Part shown: positions 1 through 8,290 of the stretch, one piece after another
Numbering within the stretch: position 1 is the stretch's first letter
How the letters are laid out: the number at the start of each line of letters is the position of its first letter
From: a virus
Lineage: Duplodnaviria; Caudoviricetes
Length of the DNA stretch: 39,664 nt
Virus record (IMG/VR): IMGVR_UViG_3300036805_000102
Location: 1-39,664 of that record
Reading direction: 5' to 3' (one strand)
Translations under genes and position numbers: made by a program
Notes under the pieces: generated by a model
Seen by the model: only the letters and a program-made list of their open reading frames with translations
Database searches by the model: none
What the model was told of the DNA's origin: nothing

Positions 1-96
1 ACGTGGTTCTGCCGATCCTGCTGGGCTTGGCCGTAGGCTCTCTGCTCCGCTCTTGCCACAATAAGATATGCAAGCAAAAGCGCAAGTGATATATCT

Positions 97-114
97 TGTA
101 GGTCCAAGCCTACA
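97..114. promoter_or_regulatory. 18-bp palindromic operator copy 1 (TGTAGGTCCAAGCCTACA)
   Basis: Perfect TGTAGG-N6-CCTACA dyad 20 bp upstream of the ORF at 135. Confidence 0.75.
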
Positions 115-134
115 GGAAGGAGAGGGACAGGGAA

Positions 135-521
135 TTGACACCACGCCAAAGGGCGGAACAGAAGGTTCTGCGAAAGATACAATTCAGAGCATTCATGCGC
201 GGGATGCTCTTCCTCCCGTTACGCAGTTCTCGTGAACTGCTTCGGGAGTTTGATTCGATGGTGCAGCAGGCGATGGAGAAGGAGGGGCGGAGCAGGATCG
301 AGCGCGCTCTTCTTGCCGTGCTTTCCTACGAATGGATGGCCGGTCTGGACGTACACAGGTCGGTTGAATATGTCTTCCAGAGCGCCATTACCTACGCCTC
401 AGTCTATGACGCTCTTCGCGATCTGGAGGCGGAGGGCAAGGTAACCTCCATCGTTCATCGCGGCAACGGGGATGGCGTCTGGCTGCCTTACAAGGCCTAT
501 CGGCTGGCGGAGGCGAAGTGA
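135..521 (+). CDS. hypothetical protein with C-terminal winged-HTH (PadR-like) segment
   Basis: 128-aa ORF; ITYASVYDALRDLEAEGKVTS...KAYRL resembles a wHTH recognition helix plus wing. Confidence 0.55.
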   Translation: MTPRQRAEQKVLRKIQFRAFMRGMLFLPLRSSRELLREFDSMVQQAMEKEGRSRIERALLAVLSYEWMAGLDVHRSVEYVFQSAITYASVYDALRDLEAEGKVTSIVHRGNGDGVWLPYKAYRLAEAK

Positions 522-748
522 GCGAATTCAAAAAGTTTGGCCCGAAGCTGCCGGATTCTCCCAGCGTGGGTAAGAAGTGCCTCCTATGCGAGAAGCCGTA
601 TGTGGCGGGGGATTACACCACGCTGGTCTCGACGGGACCCGACCCTGCCGATCCGGATGCGGTGCGAGACTACCTGCTCGGCCGTGCCTACAACTCGCGC
701 GCGGTGGAGATTCACTGGCACTGCAGAGCGCTGATGGGAGGCGGATGA
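518..748 (+). CDS. small putative Zn-binding protein
   Basis: GTGA overlap with upstream stop; CLLC...HWHC motif. Confidence 0.55.
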   Translation: MSEFKKFGPKLPDSPSVGKKCLLCEKPYVAGDYTTLVSTGPDPADPDAVRDYLLGRAYNSRAVEIHWHCRALMGGG

Positions 749-948
749 TACAGCAATCCCGACGATACGTGATCGAGGGCGAGGACGCCGATCTTCTCCT
801 GCTGGCTTTGGGGTATGCGATGGGTCATGCGGCGCAACGGGGGGACAGAAGTCTTGCCAACACCTTTATTCGCTTCGCCAATCGCATCAACGCCAACAAT
901 CCAAACTGGAGACCCTACGAAGAGGAGATCGAACCCGACGTCGAGTAA
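745..948 (+). CDS. hypothetical protein
   Basis: ATGA overlap at 745 with GGAGG RBS; MIQQSRRYVIEG... Confidence 0.55.
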   Translation: MIQQSRRYVIEGEDADLLLLALGYAMGHAAQRGDRSLANTFIRFANRINANNPNWRPYEEEIEPDVE

Positions 949-992
949 AAAGATTCGATTCTTTTCCCCAGCGCAAGCGAACGAAATGGTCA

Positions 993-1021
993 TTGTGATG
1001 CGCCAAAATACCCACTAGTCT
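993..1021 (+). promoter_or_regulatory. putative sigma70 promoter of lysis cassette
   Basis: TTGTGA-17bp-TAGTCT upstream of the ORF at 1052. Confidence 0.4.
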
Positions 1022-1051
1022 ACAGACGTTCGTGCTGGAGAAGTGGGGCCA

Positions 1052-1342
1052 ATGGATCAAATTCTAAGTGAGCTTTACGATCACCGTTTCACGGTGGGCG
1101 CGGTGTCGTGGTATCTGCTATCGGCTGCGATTATTTCAATGCCTCCGAAGGACGAGCCCTTCGCCTTCCGGGGCTGGTTTTACGACTTCACCCATCTGCT
1201 CCTGAATGCCAGACCCATCCCTCCCGCATTTCGCCAGACCGAACAATTGCTGCTGTCTCAGACCTCAAGCCCTTCCGGGGCTGTCAGGTCTGAGACGACC
1301 AAGACCATCGATCAGGTTTCAACAGGAGCCCTCCCCAAGTGA
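1052..1342 (+). CDS. putative holin-like membrane protein
   Basis: Hydrophobic segment FTVGAVSWYLLSAAIISM; first gene of the cluster ending in lysozyme. Confidence 0.45.
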   Translation: MDQILSELYDHRFTVGAVSWYLLSAAIISMPPKDEPFAFRGWFYDFTHLLLNARPIPPAFRQTEQLLLSQTSSPSGAVRSETTKTIDQVSTGALPK

Positions 1343-1698
1343 AGCGAATTTTCGCGTGCCTCGCTCTGATGTTATGCGTGGTCGGATGCTCGGACTTCGA
1401 GCGTACGACCTTCCAGACCCTCTCCTCTTCGCAAGCCGTCATCAACCAAGCACAGACCGACTACGAAGCTCGCTGGATGGCGAAGACTGAATGTTCCTAT
1501 GCGGTCATCAGCGATGCCAAGGCGCTGCAGGCGGCCGCCGTGAGCGCGATGGTGGTCTACGAGGAGCAGAAGGCCGCTCATGCCGACCTTAGCGCTCAGA
1601 CGGCGCTGGTAACCTCTGCGATTGCAAAGCTGCCTGCCATCGTGGTTCAGGTCAAAGCCCTCTATGTCGATCCGACTTCCTGTGGAGGAACCAAGTGA
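1339..1698 (+). CDS. lipoprotein (possible spanin component)
   Basis: MKRIFACLALMLCVVG-C signal II/lipobox; helical Ala-rich body; within lysis cluster. Confidence 0.6.
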   Translation: MKRIFACLALMLCVVGCSDFERTTFQTLSSSQAVINQAQTDYEARWMAKTECSYAVISDAKALQAAAVSAMVVYEEQKAAHADLSAQTALVTSAIAKLPAIVVQVKALYVDPTSCGGTK

Positions 1699-1952
1699 CT
1701 GCTGTTGAGATCGAATCTCATATCTCTGAAGTACAGGCTGCCGTAGATGCGATTCTGGCGACGATCTCCGCGCTGGATTCCGAAGACGAAGTTCCGGTCG
1801 CCGAGGCTGCCTCGATCCTGAACCTTCTGGCGACGGTGCTGGCCAAGGCGCTTGCGGCGTACAGCGCGGCTGCGGGTGCGCCGATCACGATTGATTCTGT
1901 CCGGGCTTTGGCTCCGAACCCGGTTCCTCTATCTCTTCCGGACGAGGTATAG
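1695..1952 (+). CDS. Ala-rich hypothetical protein of lysis cluster
   Basis: GGAGG RBS, GTGA overlap with the lipoprotein gene. Confidence 0.6.
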   Translation: MTAVEIESHISEVQAAVDAILATISALDSEDEVPVAEAASILNLLATVLAKALAAYSAAAGAPITIDSVRALAPNPVPLSLPDEV

Positions 1953-1956
1953 ATGA

Positions 1957-2262
1957 GTGGAATCGGAGCATGGAATGCAGCAGGCCTTTCTGACCCGTGA
2001 GCTGATCCAGCTCATGATAAACAGCAGCATTGAAAACTACGATTCGAAGACGAGCCTTCCCCGGCACGTCGAGAGTCAGAACGAGATGCGTTCGATGAAG
2101 GTCATCCTCGATCAGGTTTGCACGGTGCTGACCAAGATCGAGGGTGGCTTTACGGCTTTCAAGTGGATTGGCAGCGTGGTCGCCTTCGTCTGGACGGTGA
2201 CGCAGCTCGCCCACACGGCCCTGAATGTTATCGAGGCACTGCATGTCAATGAACATCAGTGA
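1957..2262 (+). CDS. single-TM membrane protein (holin-like candidate)
   Basis: C-terminal hydrophobic WIGSVVAFVWTV; overlaps lysozyme start; true start may be ATG 1975. Confidence 0.5.
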   Translation: MESEHGMQQAFLTRELIQLMINSSIENYDSKTSLPRHVESQNEMRSMKVILDQVCTVLTKIEGGFTAFKWIGSVVAFVWTVTQLAHTALNVIEALHVNEHQ

Positions 2263-2677
2263 GCGGGGACTGTCGCTGATTCAGCAGTCGGAGAGTCTTC
2301 GCCTGACGGCCTATTCCGACTCGAAAGGCGTCCCCACTTTAGGTTGGGGACACACCAGCGGCGTGCGCCTTGGGATGACCTGTACCCGAGAGCAGGCTGA
2401 CATGTGGCTGGAGAGCGATGTTTCGTGGGCGGTGGCGACGGTAAACCGTCTTGCGACCGTCCTCCTGAATCAAAACCAGTTCGATGCTCTGGTCGATTTC
2501 GTCTTCAATGTGGGCTCCGGACAGCTCGGTGGATCGACCCTGCTGCGGAAGCTGAATTCGGGCGATTTCGAGGGTGCCGCGCAGCAGTTCAAGGTCTGGA
2601 AGTATGCCGGTGGCATCGCGGTGCCGGGACTGGTGAACCGGCGCTCCGCAGAAGAGAAAATGTTTCGCGGACTCTAA
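2249..2677 (+). CDS. endolysin, phage lysozyme (GH24)
   Basis: E-x8-D-x5-T triad (ESLRLTAYSDSKGVPT), GWGHT, NQNQFDALVDFVFNVG, GLVNRR motifs. Confidence 0.95.
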   Translation: MNISERGLSLIQQSESLRLTAYSDSKGVPTLGWGHTSGVRLGMTCTREQADMWLESDVSWAVATVNRLATVLLNQNQFDALVDFVFNVGSGQLGGSTLLRKLNSGDFEGAAQQFKVWKYAGGIAVPGLVNRRSAEEKMFRGL

Positions 2678-2707
2678 TGCGCAAACGAAAGCGCAAGTAG
2701 TATAGTC

Positions 2708-2725
2708 TGTAGTCGTCAGACGACA
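2708..2725. promoter_or_regulatory. palindromic operator copy 2 (degenerate, TGTAGTCGTCAGACGACA)
   Basis: Same 18-bp geometry, immediately after TATAGT (-10-like), 14 bp before the ORF at 2740. Confidence 0.55.
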
Positions 2726-2739
2726 GAATAGAGGCCCGA

Positions 2740-3084
2740 ATGATAGTGACGATGGTGAACGATCCGCTGCAGAAGCGCAGCATCCTGCTGGTCATCATGG
2801 AGCAGGACAACGTACAACGCATGGAGCAGGCCGATCCCATCACACTGGAATCGCGGCGTGCTGGCGGCGTTCTTCCGGCTCCCGACTTTCCCGGAGATTT
2901 CAGTCTCCTGATCGCCTACGAGCCCGACTCGGCGGAGCTGTACAAGCGCATGGCCGGAGACAGGCTGGAATTTATGCGCTGGCTGGAGCGCGGCCGGAGG
3001 TGGGACCCGGAGAAGGACGGCATCCAAAACGCGCGTGTCATCGCAAGGGGAAAGCAGGAGACGAATGAAGAAGAAGAGCGCTGA
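2740..3084 (+). CDS. hypothetical protein
   Basis: 114-aa ORF, GAGG RBS. Confidence 0.6.
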   Translation: MIVTMVNDPLQKRSILLVIMEQDNVQRMEQADPITLESRRAGGVLPAPDFPGDFSLLIAYEPDSAELYKRMAGDRLEFMRWLERGRRWDPEKDGIQNARVIARGKQETNEEEER

Positions 3085-3571
3085 GTTTCGCGTAACGATG
3101 CAGCTCTGTCCCCACTGCGGTTATGAGATGGATGGCCTTGCGCCGCTCAAAGGCGAGACGCGGCCTGTTGCCGGGGATGTTTCGATCTGCCTGAAGTGTT
3201 CGGCGGCGCTGCGTTTTACGGACGATTTGAAGTTGGTCCTCGAAGATCGTCCGGAGGTGTTGAGCGATTCTGAAATCCTCAAGGTTCAGGAGGCCGCGCG
3301 CGAGATCATCGAACGGGCGAATAAGGGCTGGCGGCCGCTGATCTGCTGTTGCTGCGAGGGCCGGTTGCCGGAAGAGGTGAGTAAGGTTGAAGGCGGCCTA
3401 AAGCCGGGAACGCGGATCATTTGCGCCTATTGCGCTAACGTCATCGTGCTGATGAAGGACGGGAGTTTCATTCCGGAGACGAATGAAGAGTTTCTGGCAA
3501 ACAGGGAGACGATACGGATGCGCAAGCTCGTACAGGAGAGTATCGACAGGCGAAAGGCGCACACCAACTGA
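3065..3571 (+). CDS. double zinc-ribbon protein
   Basis: CPHC...CLKC and CCCC...CAYC in two similar halves; AGGAG RBS before ATG 3065. Confidence 0.6.
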   Translation: MKKKSAEFRVTMQLCPHCGYEMDGLAPLKGETRPVAGDVSICLKCSAALRFTDDLKLVLEDRPEVLSDSEILKVQEAAREIIERANKGWRPLICCCCEGRLPEEVSKVEGGLKPGTRIICAYCANVIVLMKDGSFIPETNEEFLANRETIRMRKLVQESIDRRKAHTN

Positions 3572-3776
3572 GAGTCGGCTGGCGCAAACCTACGGAAGAG
3601 GAGCTTGCCGAGATCAGGGGCTACACGAAGAAGTGTTTGCAGGCAGATCGATATGAGGAGTTTTTGCTATGGAAGGACAGGCTGATAGCGTTCCTGCACA
3701 GCCGCAGGATCGAGCTGGAGCAACCGGGGGACTAGCACGCGCCAAGGCCTTCTGGACGGTCACTGCAGGCGTCCTG

Positions 3777-3974
3777 ATGGGTGAGCGGATGCCGGAGTAT
3801 TCGAAGCAGTGGTGCTACACCAGCGCCGATTATGAGCGAGATATCGAAAACGCAGAGAAGGAGGTTAGCGAAACCAACTTTATGCGCATGGATCGCGAGG
3901 CGCACGAGTATGCGAGATCGATCACCAACCCGAGCCGGGTGAATTGGGTACGAGTGGAGTTTCTATGGGTATAA
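3777..3974 (+). CDS. hypothetical protein
   Basis: C-terminal part of the 3669 ORF (MGERMPEYSKQW...VNWVRVEFLWV); start uncertain. Confidence 0.5.
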   Translation: MGERMPEYSKQWCYTSADYERDIENAEKEVSETNFMRMDREAHEYARSITNPSRVNWVRVEFLWV

Positions 3975-4261
3975 ACGAAAAATGGGAAGCGCTCAAGCAG
4001 GACGCCTCTCCGGAGTCGCTGGATGTTGAGGGAAAGATGGTGCTGTTGCTTTCGGTTTCCTACTATCTGGCCGAGAGGATGGCTTCGGTCGAGGCTAATC
4101 CCGAAGGAGTCCAGATGATGAGGGAAGCTCTTGGCCAGTTCTATAGCGTTTACAGGAGCGTCTTTCCCGAGGGGCCGCTGGCAGCTCAGGCAGCAATTCA
4201 GCAGTTTGCGAAGAAGCTGGGCGTGGTGCCGGAAGATATGTGGAAGGAGAGGCCGAATTGA
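3965..4261 (+). CDS. hypothetical protein
   Basis: GGAG RBS, overlaps both neighbours. Confidence 0.6.
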   Translation: MGINEKWEALKQDASPESLDVEGKMVLLLSVSYYLAERMASVEANPEGVQMMREALGQFYSVYRSVFPEGPLAAQAAIQQFAKKLGVVPEDMWKERPN

Positions 4262-4476
4262 TGTCAACCGAGATTCTATGCGCCTGTGGAAGGCCGCTGC
4301 ATTATTCGGACCCGAAGGTTCGGGAGATGATCGAACAGATTATTTCGGAGAACGGCGAACGTATTAAGGTGACGCGTGAGTCGCGGAGCTGGATGGTGCC
4401 GCGCCATTACATCGCTTTGCACGGGTTGAACAGCGAAGAGTTGCCATTCCTGGGGTTTGAAGAGGTGATCGAATAA
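4261..4476 (+). CDS. hypothetical protein (CxCG...H motif)
   Basis: TGATG overlap; CACGRPLHY. Confidence 0.6.
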   Translation: MSTEILCACGRPLHYSDPKVREMIEQIISENGERIKVTRESRSWMVPRHYIALHGLNSEELPFLGFEEVIE

Positions 4477-5124
4477 ATGAGTATGCCTGCATTGCGTCAT
4501 GACATTCCCGCGCCTCCGCTATTCATGGAGAAGCTGCCCATTGACGAGCGCGGTTATCCCGTTCCGTTCTTCGTGCAATGGGTGAATGGCAAGCCCGAGT
4601 TTCGCGCGATGGATGGAGATAAGCTGGTGCGCTGCGTGAAGGAGCGGCTGTGCTGGATATGCGGCCAAGCCCTCTTCCGCGAGATGGTCTTCGTTGCCGG
4701 TCCCATGTGCGCCGTCAATCGCATCAGCTCAGAGCCTCCGTCGCATCGCGAATGTGCTCGATACGCCGCTGTCGCCTGCCCGTTTCTGGCCAAGCCGAAG
4801 ATGGTGCGCCGCGAGGATGGCATGCCGGACAAGATCGTCACCGAAGGCGCGATCCTGCGCAACCCCGGCGTGACGATGCTCTGGTTTTGCCGACGCTTTA
4901 CCATCGAACGGGCGAATCCCGGCGTCCTCTTCAATATGGGCACGCCGTTTCAGGTGGAGTGGTACGGGCTGGGGAAGAGTGCGACCCGCGAGCAGGTATT
5001 GGAGAGCTTCGAAAGCGGCATTCCGATCCTGCGCGCGGCCGGAGGAGCAGGACACACGGAGCAGGATGAAGCCGACCTGCAAGGCCTTGTAGAGGCGGCC
5101 AAGCGGTATCTGCCAAAGGGGTAG
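4477..5124 (+). CDS. phage hypothetical protein with Zn-finger (CxxC...HxxC)
   Basis: RGYPVPFFV, CWICG, GPMC, EPPSHREC, ACPFL. Confidence 0.75.
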   Translation: MSMPALRHDIPAPPLFMEKLPIDERGYPVPFFVQWVNGKPEFRAMDGDKLVRCVKERLCWICGQALFREMVFVAGPMCAVNRISSEPPSHRECARYAAVACPFLAKPKMVRREDGMPDKIVTEGAILRNPGVTMLWFCRRFTIERANPGVLFNMGTPFQVEWYGLGKSATREQVLESFESGIPILRAAGGAGHTEQDEADLQGLVEAAKRYLPKG

Positions 5125-5126
5125 GA

Positions 5127-5417
5127 ATGGAAGATTTCAACGGAGCGGCGAGCCACGCGGCGCATGTCATGGCTCACGCCATGCAGCTCACGGGGTTCCT
5201 TCCCATGTGGGTGATCTACGATCATCCCCGAGATTTCCCGGAGCATTTTGTGGTTCGAATGCAGTGCAGTGGCGCTCCGCCTTTTGGCTCAAGAGTTGCC
5301 AGTATTGCTGTTCTTTGTCGCACTCTCGAAGAGGCGCGAGCGCAGGTTCCGATCTATTGCTCGCTTTTTGGGCGCGATCCTGCGGATGATCCGGTAATCG
5401 TTGAAACGTGGTTGTGA
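5127..5417 (+). CDS. phage hypothetical protein
   Basis: WVIYDHPRDFP...TLEEAR...DDPVIVETWL. Confidence 0.7.
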   Translation: MEDFNGAASHAAHVMAHAMQLTGFLPMWVIYDHPRDFPEHFVVRMQCSGAPPFGSRVASIAVLCRTLEEARAQVPIYCSLFGRDPADDPVIVETWL

Positions 5418-5432
5418 TAAGGGGAGAAAACA

Positions 5433-5771
5433 ATGCCAATGGAGCGGGAAGCGGTACGGAAATTTCTGGAGAGCGACAGCCCGAATGCGAGGATGCTGAA
5501 AGAGGCGGTTCGCAAAGGTCTGGTGCAGACGGCGGCGGAGATGCCGGACCCGGAGCCGGGAGAGAAGGCGGCAATAATCATCGGTCCAACGACCGATATT
5601 ATCGGATCGAAACAGGTCACCTGTACCTGCGGAAAGAAGGGCTGGATTTCGCCCTCGACTCAGGAGTTGATGGCCGAAAGAGGGCCGGACAACTTCGAGT
5701 TTATGTGTGCCGCGTGCCTGCCGACGAGGATGGCGCAACTGGATCGCGAGCGAGAAGAAGGAGTGCAATAG
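5433..5771 (+). CDS. hypothetical protein with Cys pairs
   Basis: GGAG RBS; CTCG...CAAC. Confidence 0.65.
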   Translation: MPMEREAVRKFLESDSPNARMLKEAVRKGLVQTAAEMPDPEPGEKAAIIIGPTTDIIGSKQVTCTCGKKGWISPSTQELMAERGPDNFEFMCAACLPTRMAQLDREREEGVQ

Positions 5772-6068
5772 ATGCCATCGATTTTAGTCAGTGGAATTGT
5801 GTCGCATCGCGACAGGCGGCCGTATCTTCATCTTTCGAACGAAAACGGCATGCTTGCTCAGCTTTCGATGGCGGAGGCGAAGAACATCGCGATAGACATT
5901 CTGCAGATGTGCGCTCGCACAGAGGCAGATGCGATGATTCTGAAGTTTTTCGACAAGGCGGAGTTCCCGGAGGGCGCGGCCGCAGCGCTGATGATGGATT
6001 TTCGGGATTTCCGGGCCGAACTGGACGATGAAGCTATCGAGACCTCGCGAGACAATCCGGATGCGTAG
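5772..6068 (+). CDS. hypothetical protein
   Basis: AAGGAG RBS; abuts upstream stop. Confidence 0.65.
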   Translation: MPSILVSGIVSHRDRRPYLHLSNENGMLAQLSMAEAKNIAIDILQMCARTEADAMILKFFDKAEFPEGAAAALMMDFRDFRAELDDEAIETSRDNPDA

Positions 6069-6315
6069 AAATCTGAAGCCGCCATACAAGATCGGCGAGC
6101 GGTTCGGCCTGCAGGGTTTTGTTCCGCCTGCGAAGATGGTGGACATCGCAAAGGATCGAACTATCGGCTTCATCTCGGCGTGGATTTATGCAGGCTCGAA
6201 GGCGCAATACCTTGAGGTGCTGGCGAATTCCTGCTACATGCAGGGCATCAACGATGCCAGCGATGCCATGATCCGCGCAGGCTGGAAGCCTCCGGAAGGC
6301 AATCGAGATGTTTAA
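6061..6315 (+). CDS. hypothetical protein
   Basis: ATG 6061 overlaps the upstream gene end. Confidence 0.5.
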   Translation: MRRNLKPPYKIGERFGLQGFVPPAKMVDIAKDRTIGFISAWIYAGSKAQYLEVLANSCYMQGINDASDAMIRAGWKPPEGNRDV

Positions 6316-6404
6316 CTATTGCTTCGGGATACGGTCGATTCCGCCCTGCTCCGACTGCTGGGAGGATGGGCAGTGTTCGATGAACTGCGGTCCTGCCGTA
6401 AAGA

Positions 6405-6659
6405 ATGAAAGAGGAGGAGATCGTGAAAGACAGGCTATGGCTATTTCGAATCATCAGCCCACTCGTGGTTCTGGCAGGGTTGGGGCTCCAGCTAAAGGTG
6501 GAGGCTCGGATTTTGCGCGAGCAAAGGGCGATGGACAAAATTCGCGATGAGGTTACGGCGATGAATCTGGAGACGGCGAAGAGGGTAGACGCCTACCGGC
6601 TGCATGTTGACCAGATGGAGCGAGCCTGCGAAGACCTGCGAGGGCTGAAAAGAAATTGA
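6405..6659 (+). CDS. small membrane-anchored coiled-coil protein
   Basis: N-terminal hydrophobic LWLFRIISPLVVLAGLGL then charged helix. Confidence 0.55.
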   Translation: MKEEEIVKDRLWLFRIISPLVVLAGLGLQLKVEARILREQRAMDKIRDEVTAMNLETAKRVDAYRLHVDQMERACEDLRGLKRN

Positions 6660-6684
6660 CAATGTAGGCTGAAACCTACAGGAT
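6656..6684 (+). promoter_or_regulatory. promoter (TTGACA-17-CAGGAT) with operator copy 3 (6663-6680) across the spacer
   Basis: Perfect -35; TGTAGGCTGAAACCTACA; upstream of the XRE gene. Confidence 0.75.
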
Positions 6685-6731
6685 AGAGGGCATGGCGCAA
6701 GCAGTGACGCAAGCGAAGGAGCAACAACGAG

Positions 6732-7004
6732 GTGAACCGACCTAAAGCGCCGTCTGCCCAACAACGAGCCAAACAGAGGGAAGTCGCAGAAGAGTGGATG
6801 AAGTTTCGCAGCGACCACCTGCTTTCGCAGGAGGAGTTCGGGAAGCTCATCGGTATCTCGCGCAGGACTGTCCAGTACGTAGAAAACGGAAACAGTAGCA
6901 GACCGGAGTGGCTTTGCATGCCATTGCCGGACACGATGGCACGGTTTCGTGCGCTCAAGAAAAAGCATGAGCGCGAGCACGAAGCCCTTATGGCGGGAGT
7001 CTAG
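6732..7004 (+). CDS. XRE/Cro-CI family HTH transcriptional regulator
   Basis: FRSDHLLSQEEFGKLIGISRRTVQYVENG is a classic HTH_3 pattern. Confidence 0.88.
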   Translation: MNRPKAPSAQQRAKQREVAEEWMKFRSDHLLSQEEFGKLIGISRRTVQYVENGNSSRPEWLCMPLPDTMARFRALKKKHEREHEALMAGV

Positions 7005-7018
7005 GTCGAGGAGAGCGG

Positions 7019-7423
7019 ATGCCGGAGCGGGTGTTGAATCAACAGTTGAGCGGAGCTGAGATCGTAGAGGCGGTAGTGGATCAGGTGCGGACGCAGCTCC
7101 AGAAGAGCTGCTACCTGAACCCGAACAGCGGCTATGACTGGATGGCGGCGAAGGTTCGCGTCGATCTGGAGCTGCACGATACGGGAACGCTGTTGACGGA
7201 GAGCTTCAAAGCCGAGAGTGAGACCGGGCTGAAGCCGAATCCCGATGAGATCGAAGTTCACGAAGTAGACTTCGACATCGAACCGGCTCCCCCGAACGAG
7301 GTGCGGGTGCAGACCTCGCAGCCGGTTCCGGTGGAGACGAAGGATGTTGACGGCCGTCCTGTCATCAAGGGCGTGCGCTATGCGAAGAAAGACGCGAAGA
7401 GGGTTGCGGCGGCCGCAGTATGA
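7019..7423 (+). CDS. hypothetical protein
   Basis: GAGGAG RBS, 134 aa. Confidence 0.7.
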   Translation: MPERVLNQQLSGAEIVEAVVDQVRTQLQKSCYLNPNSGYDWMAAKVRVDLELHDTGTLLTESFKAESETGLKPNPDEIEVHEVDFDIEPAPPNEVRVQTSQPVPVETKDVDGRPVIKGVRYAKKDAKRVAAAAV

Positions 7424-7725
7424 GCGATGTTTCCAATCCAACGGATCGGCTGGCCATAGCCTTTGAGGGCATTGCCGCCTCACTGGCGCGGCTGGTCGAT
7501 CTGATGGAGCGTCAGTTTCCACCGAAGCGGCCAGCGAGCGAGGTTGTAGATGCCACGGTTACACATCGTCAAACCGAAGAAGAGCGGATCAGGGAAGAGC
7601 AGGGCTACAGTGAAGACACGGACGAAGAGTGGATCGGCCGGAGAGAGGCACGGTTCAACCAAGCTCAAACCGACAAAGCTGCAAAGCAGGCGGAAAGACG
7701 CTCTAAACCGTCTCGGCGTGACTGA
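7420..7725 (+). CDS. hypothetical protein
   Basis: ATGA coupling to the upstream gene. Confidence 0.55.
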   Translation: MSDVSNPTDRLAIAFEGIAASLARLVDLMERQFPPKRPASEVVDATVTHRQTEEERIREEQGYSEDTDEEWIGRREARFNQAQTDKAAKQAERRSKPSRRD

Positions 7726-8290
7726 AGAGCAGGTCATGGAGATTCCCGATATCTCCTCCCTGCTGAAGCAGTCTCAGGGCGGCCTGAAGCAGGTTTTGCA
7801 GGCGATGCGCTTCTCTGCAGACATGATTGTGCGAGCGTTTTTAGAGAAGTACGATTCGATCCCGGAGCGAGATCGCGAGTGTCTGCCTTGGGAGGCGATT
7901 GCGATTGCGGCGGAGGTGGACCCTACCCGGCTGCTGGGATCGGCGATCCTCTCGCTGCAGTCTTACAGCGTCAACGCGGTAAAGATTATCGCCCTGTCGA
8001 ACCATCCGAGGATCACGGCCAGTCGCGTGAAGTACGCTCTCGAACCCGGTGGCGACAAGGATCGCACGGCGCTCGATACCGCGCTGCAGTTCCTTCCGAC
8101 AAACAAGGGCAGCACGTTCATCATCAACCCGATTGGAGGCAAGCGGGAGATAGAGTCAGGCGATGCTGGTGCTGCTCCTCTGGCGCTGGAGGCTCCGGAG
8201 AACGATCTGGAGCACATGTTCCCAAGCCTGACGCGCACGCAGGATTCGCTGGTGCCCGAGAGTCTGCGCATGCTGGAGACGCGGCGATGA
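7550..8290 (+). CDS. hypothetical protein, candidate terminase small subunit
   Basis: Basic N-terminus, helical body, lies shortly upstream of terL; assigned by position only. Confidence 0.4.
   Translation: MPRLHIVKPKKSGSGKSRATVKTRTKSGSAGERHGSTKLKPTKLQSRRKDALNRLGVTEEQVMEIPDISSLLKQSQGGLKQVLQAMRFSADMIVRAFLEKYDSIPERDRECLPWEAIAIAAEVDPTRLLGSAILSLQSYSVNAVKIIALSNHPRITASRVKYALEPGGDKDRTALDTALQFLPTNKGSTFIINPIGGKREIESGDAGAAPLALEAPENDLEHMFPSLTRTQDSLVPESLRMLETRR

Noticed and set aside
6308-6550. Cys-rich ORF overlapping the 6405 membrane gene
   Set aside because: N-terminus (CSDC...CSMNC) is plausible but 146 nt overlap a better-supported ORF; unresolved, so not listed as a feature
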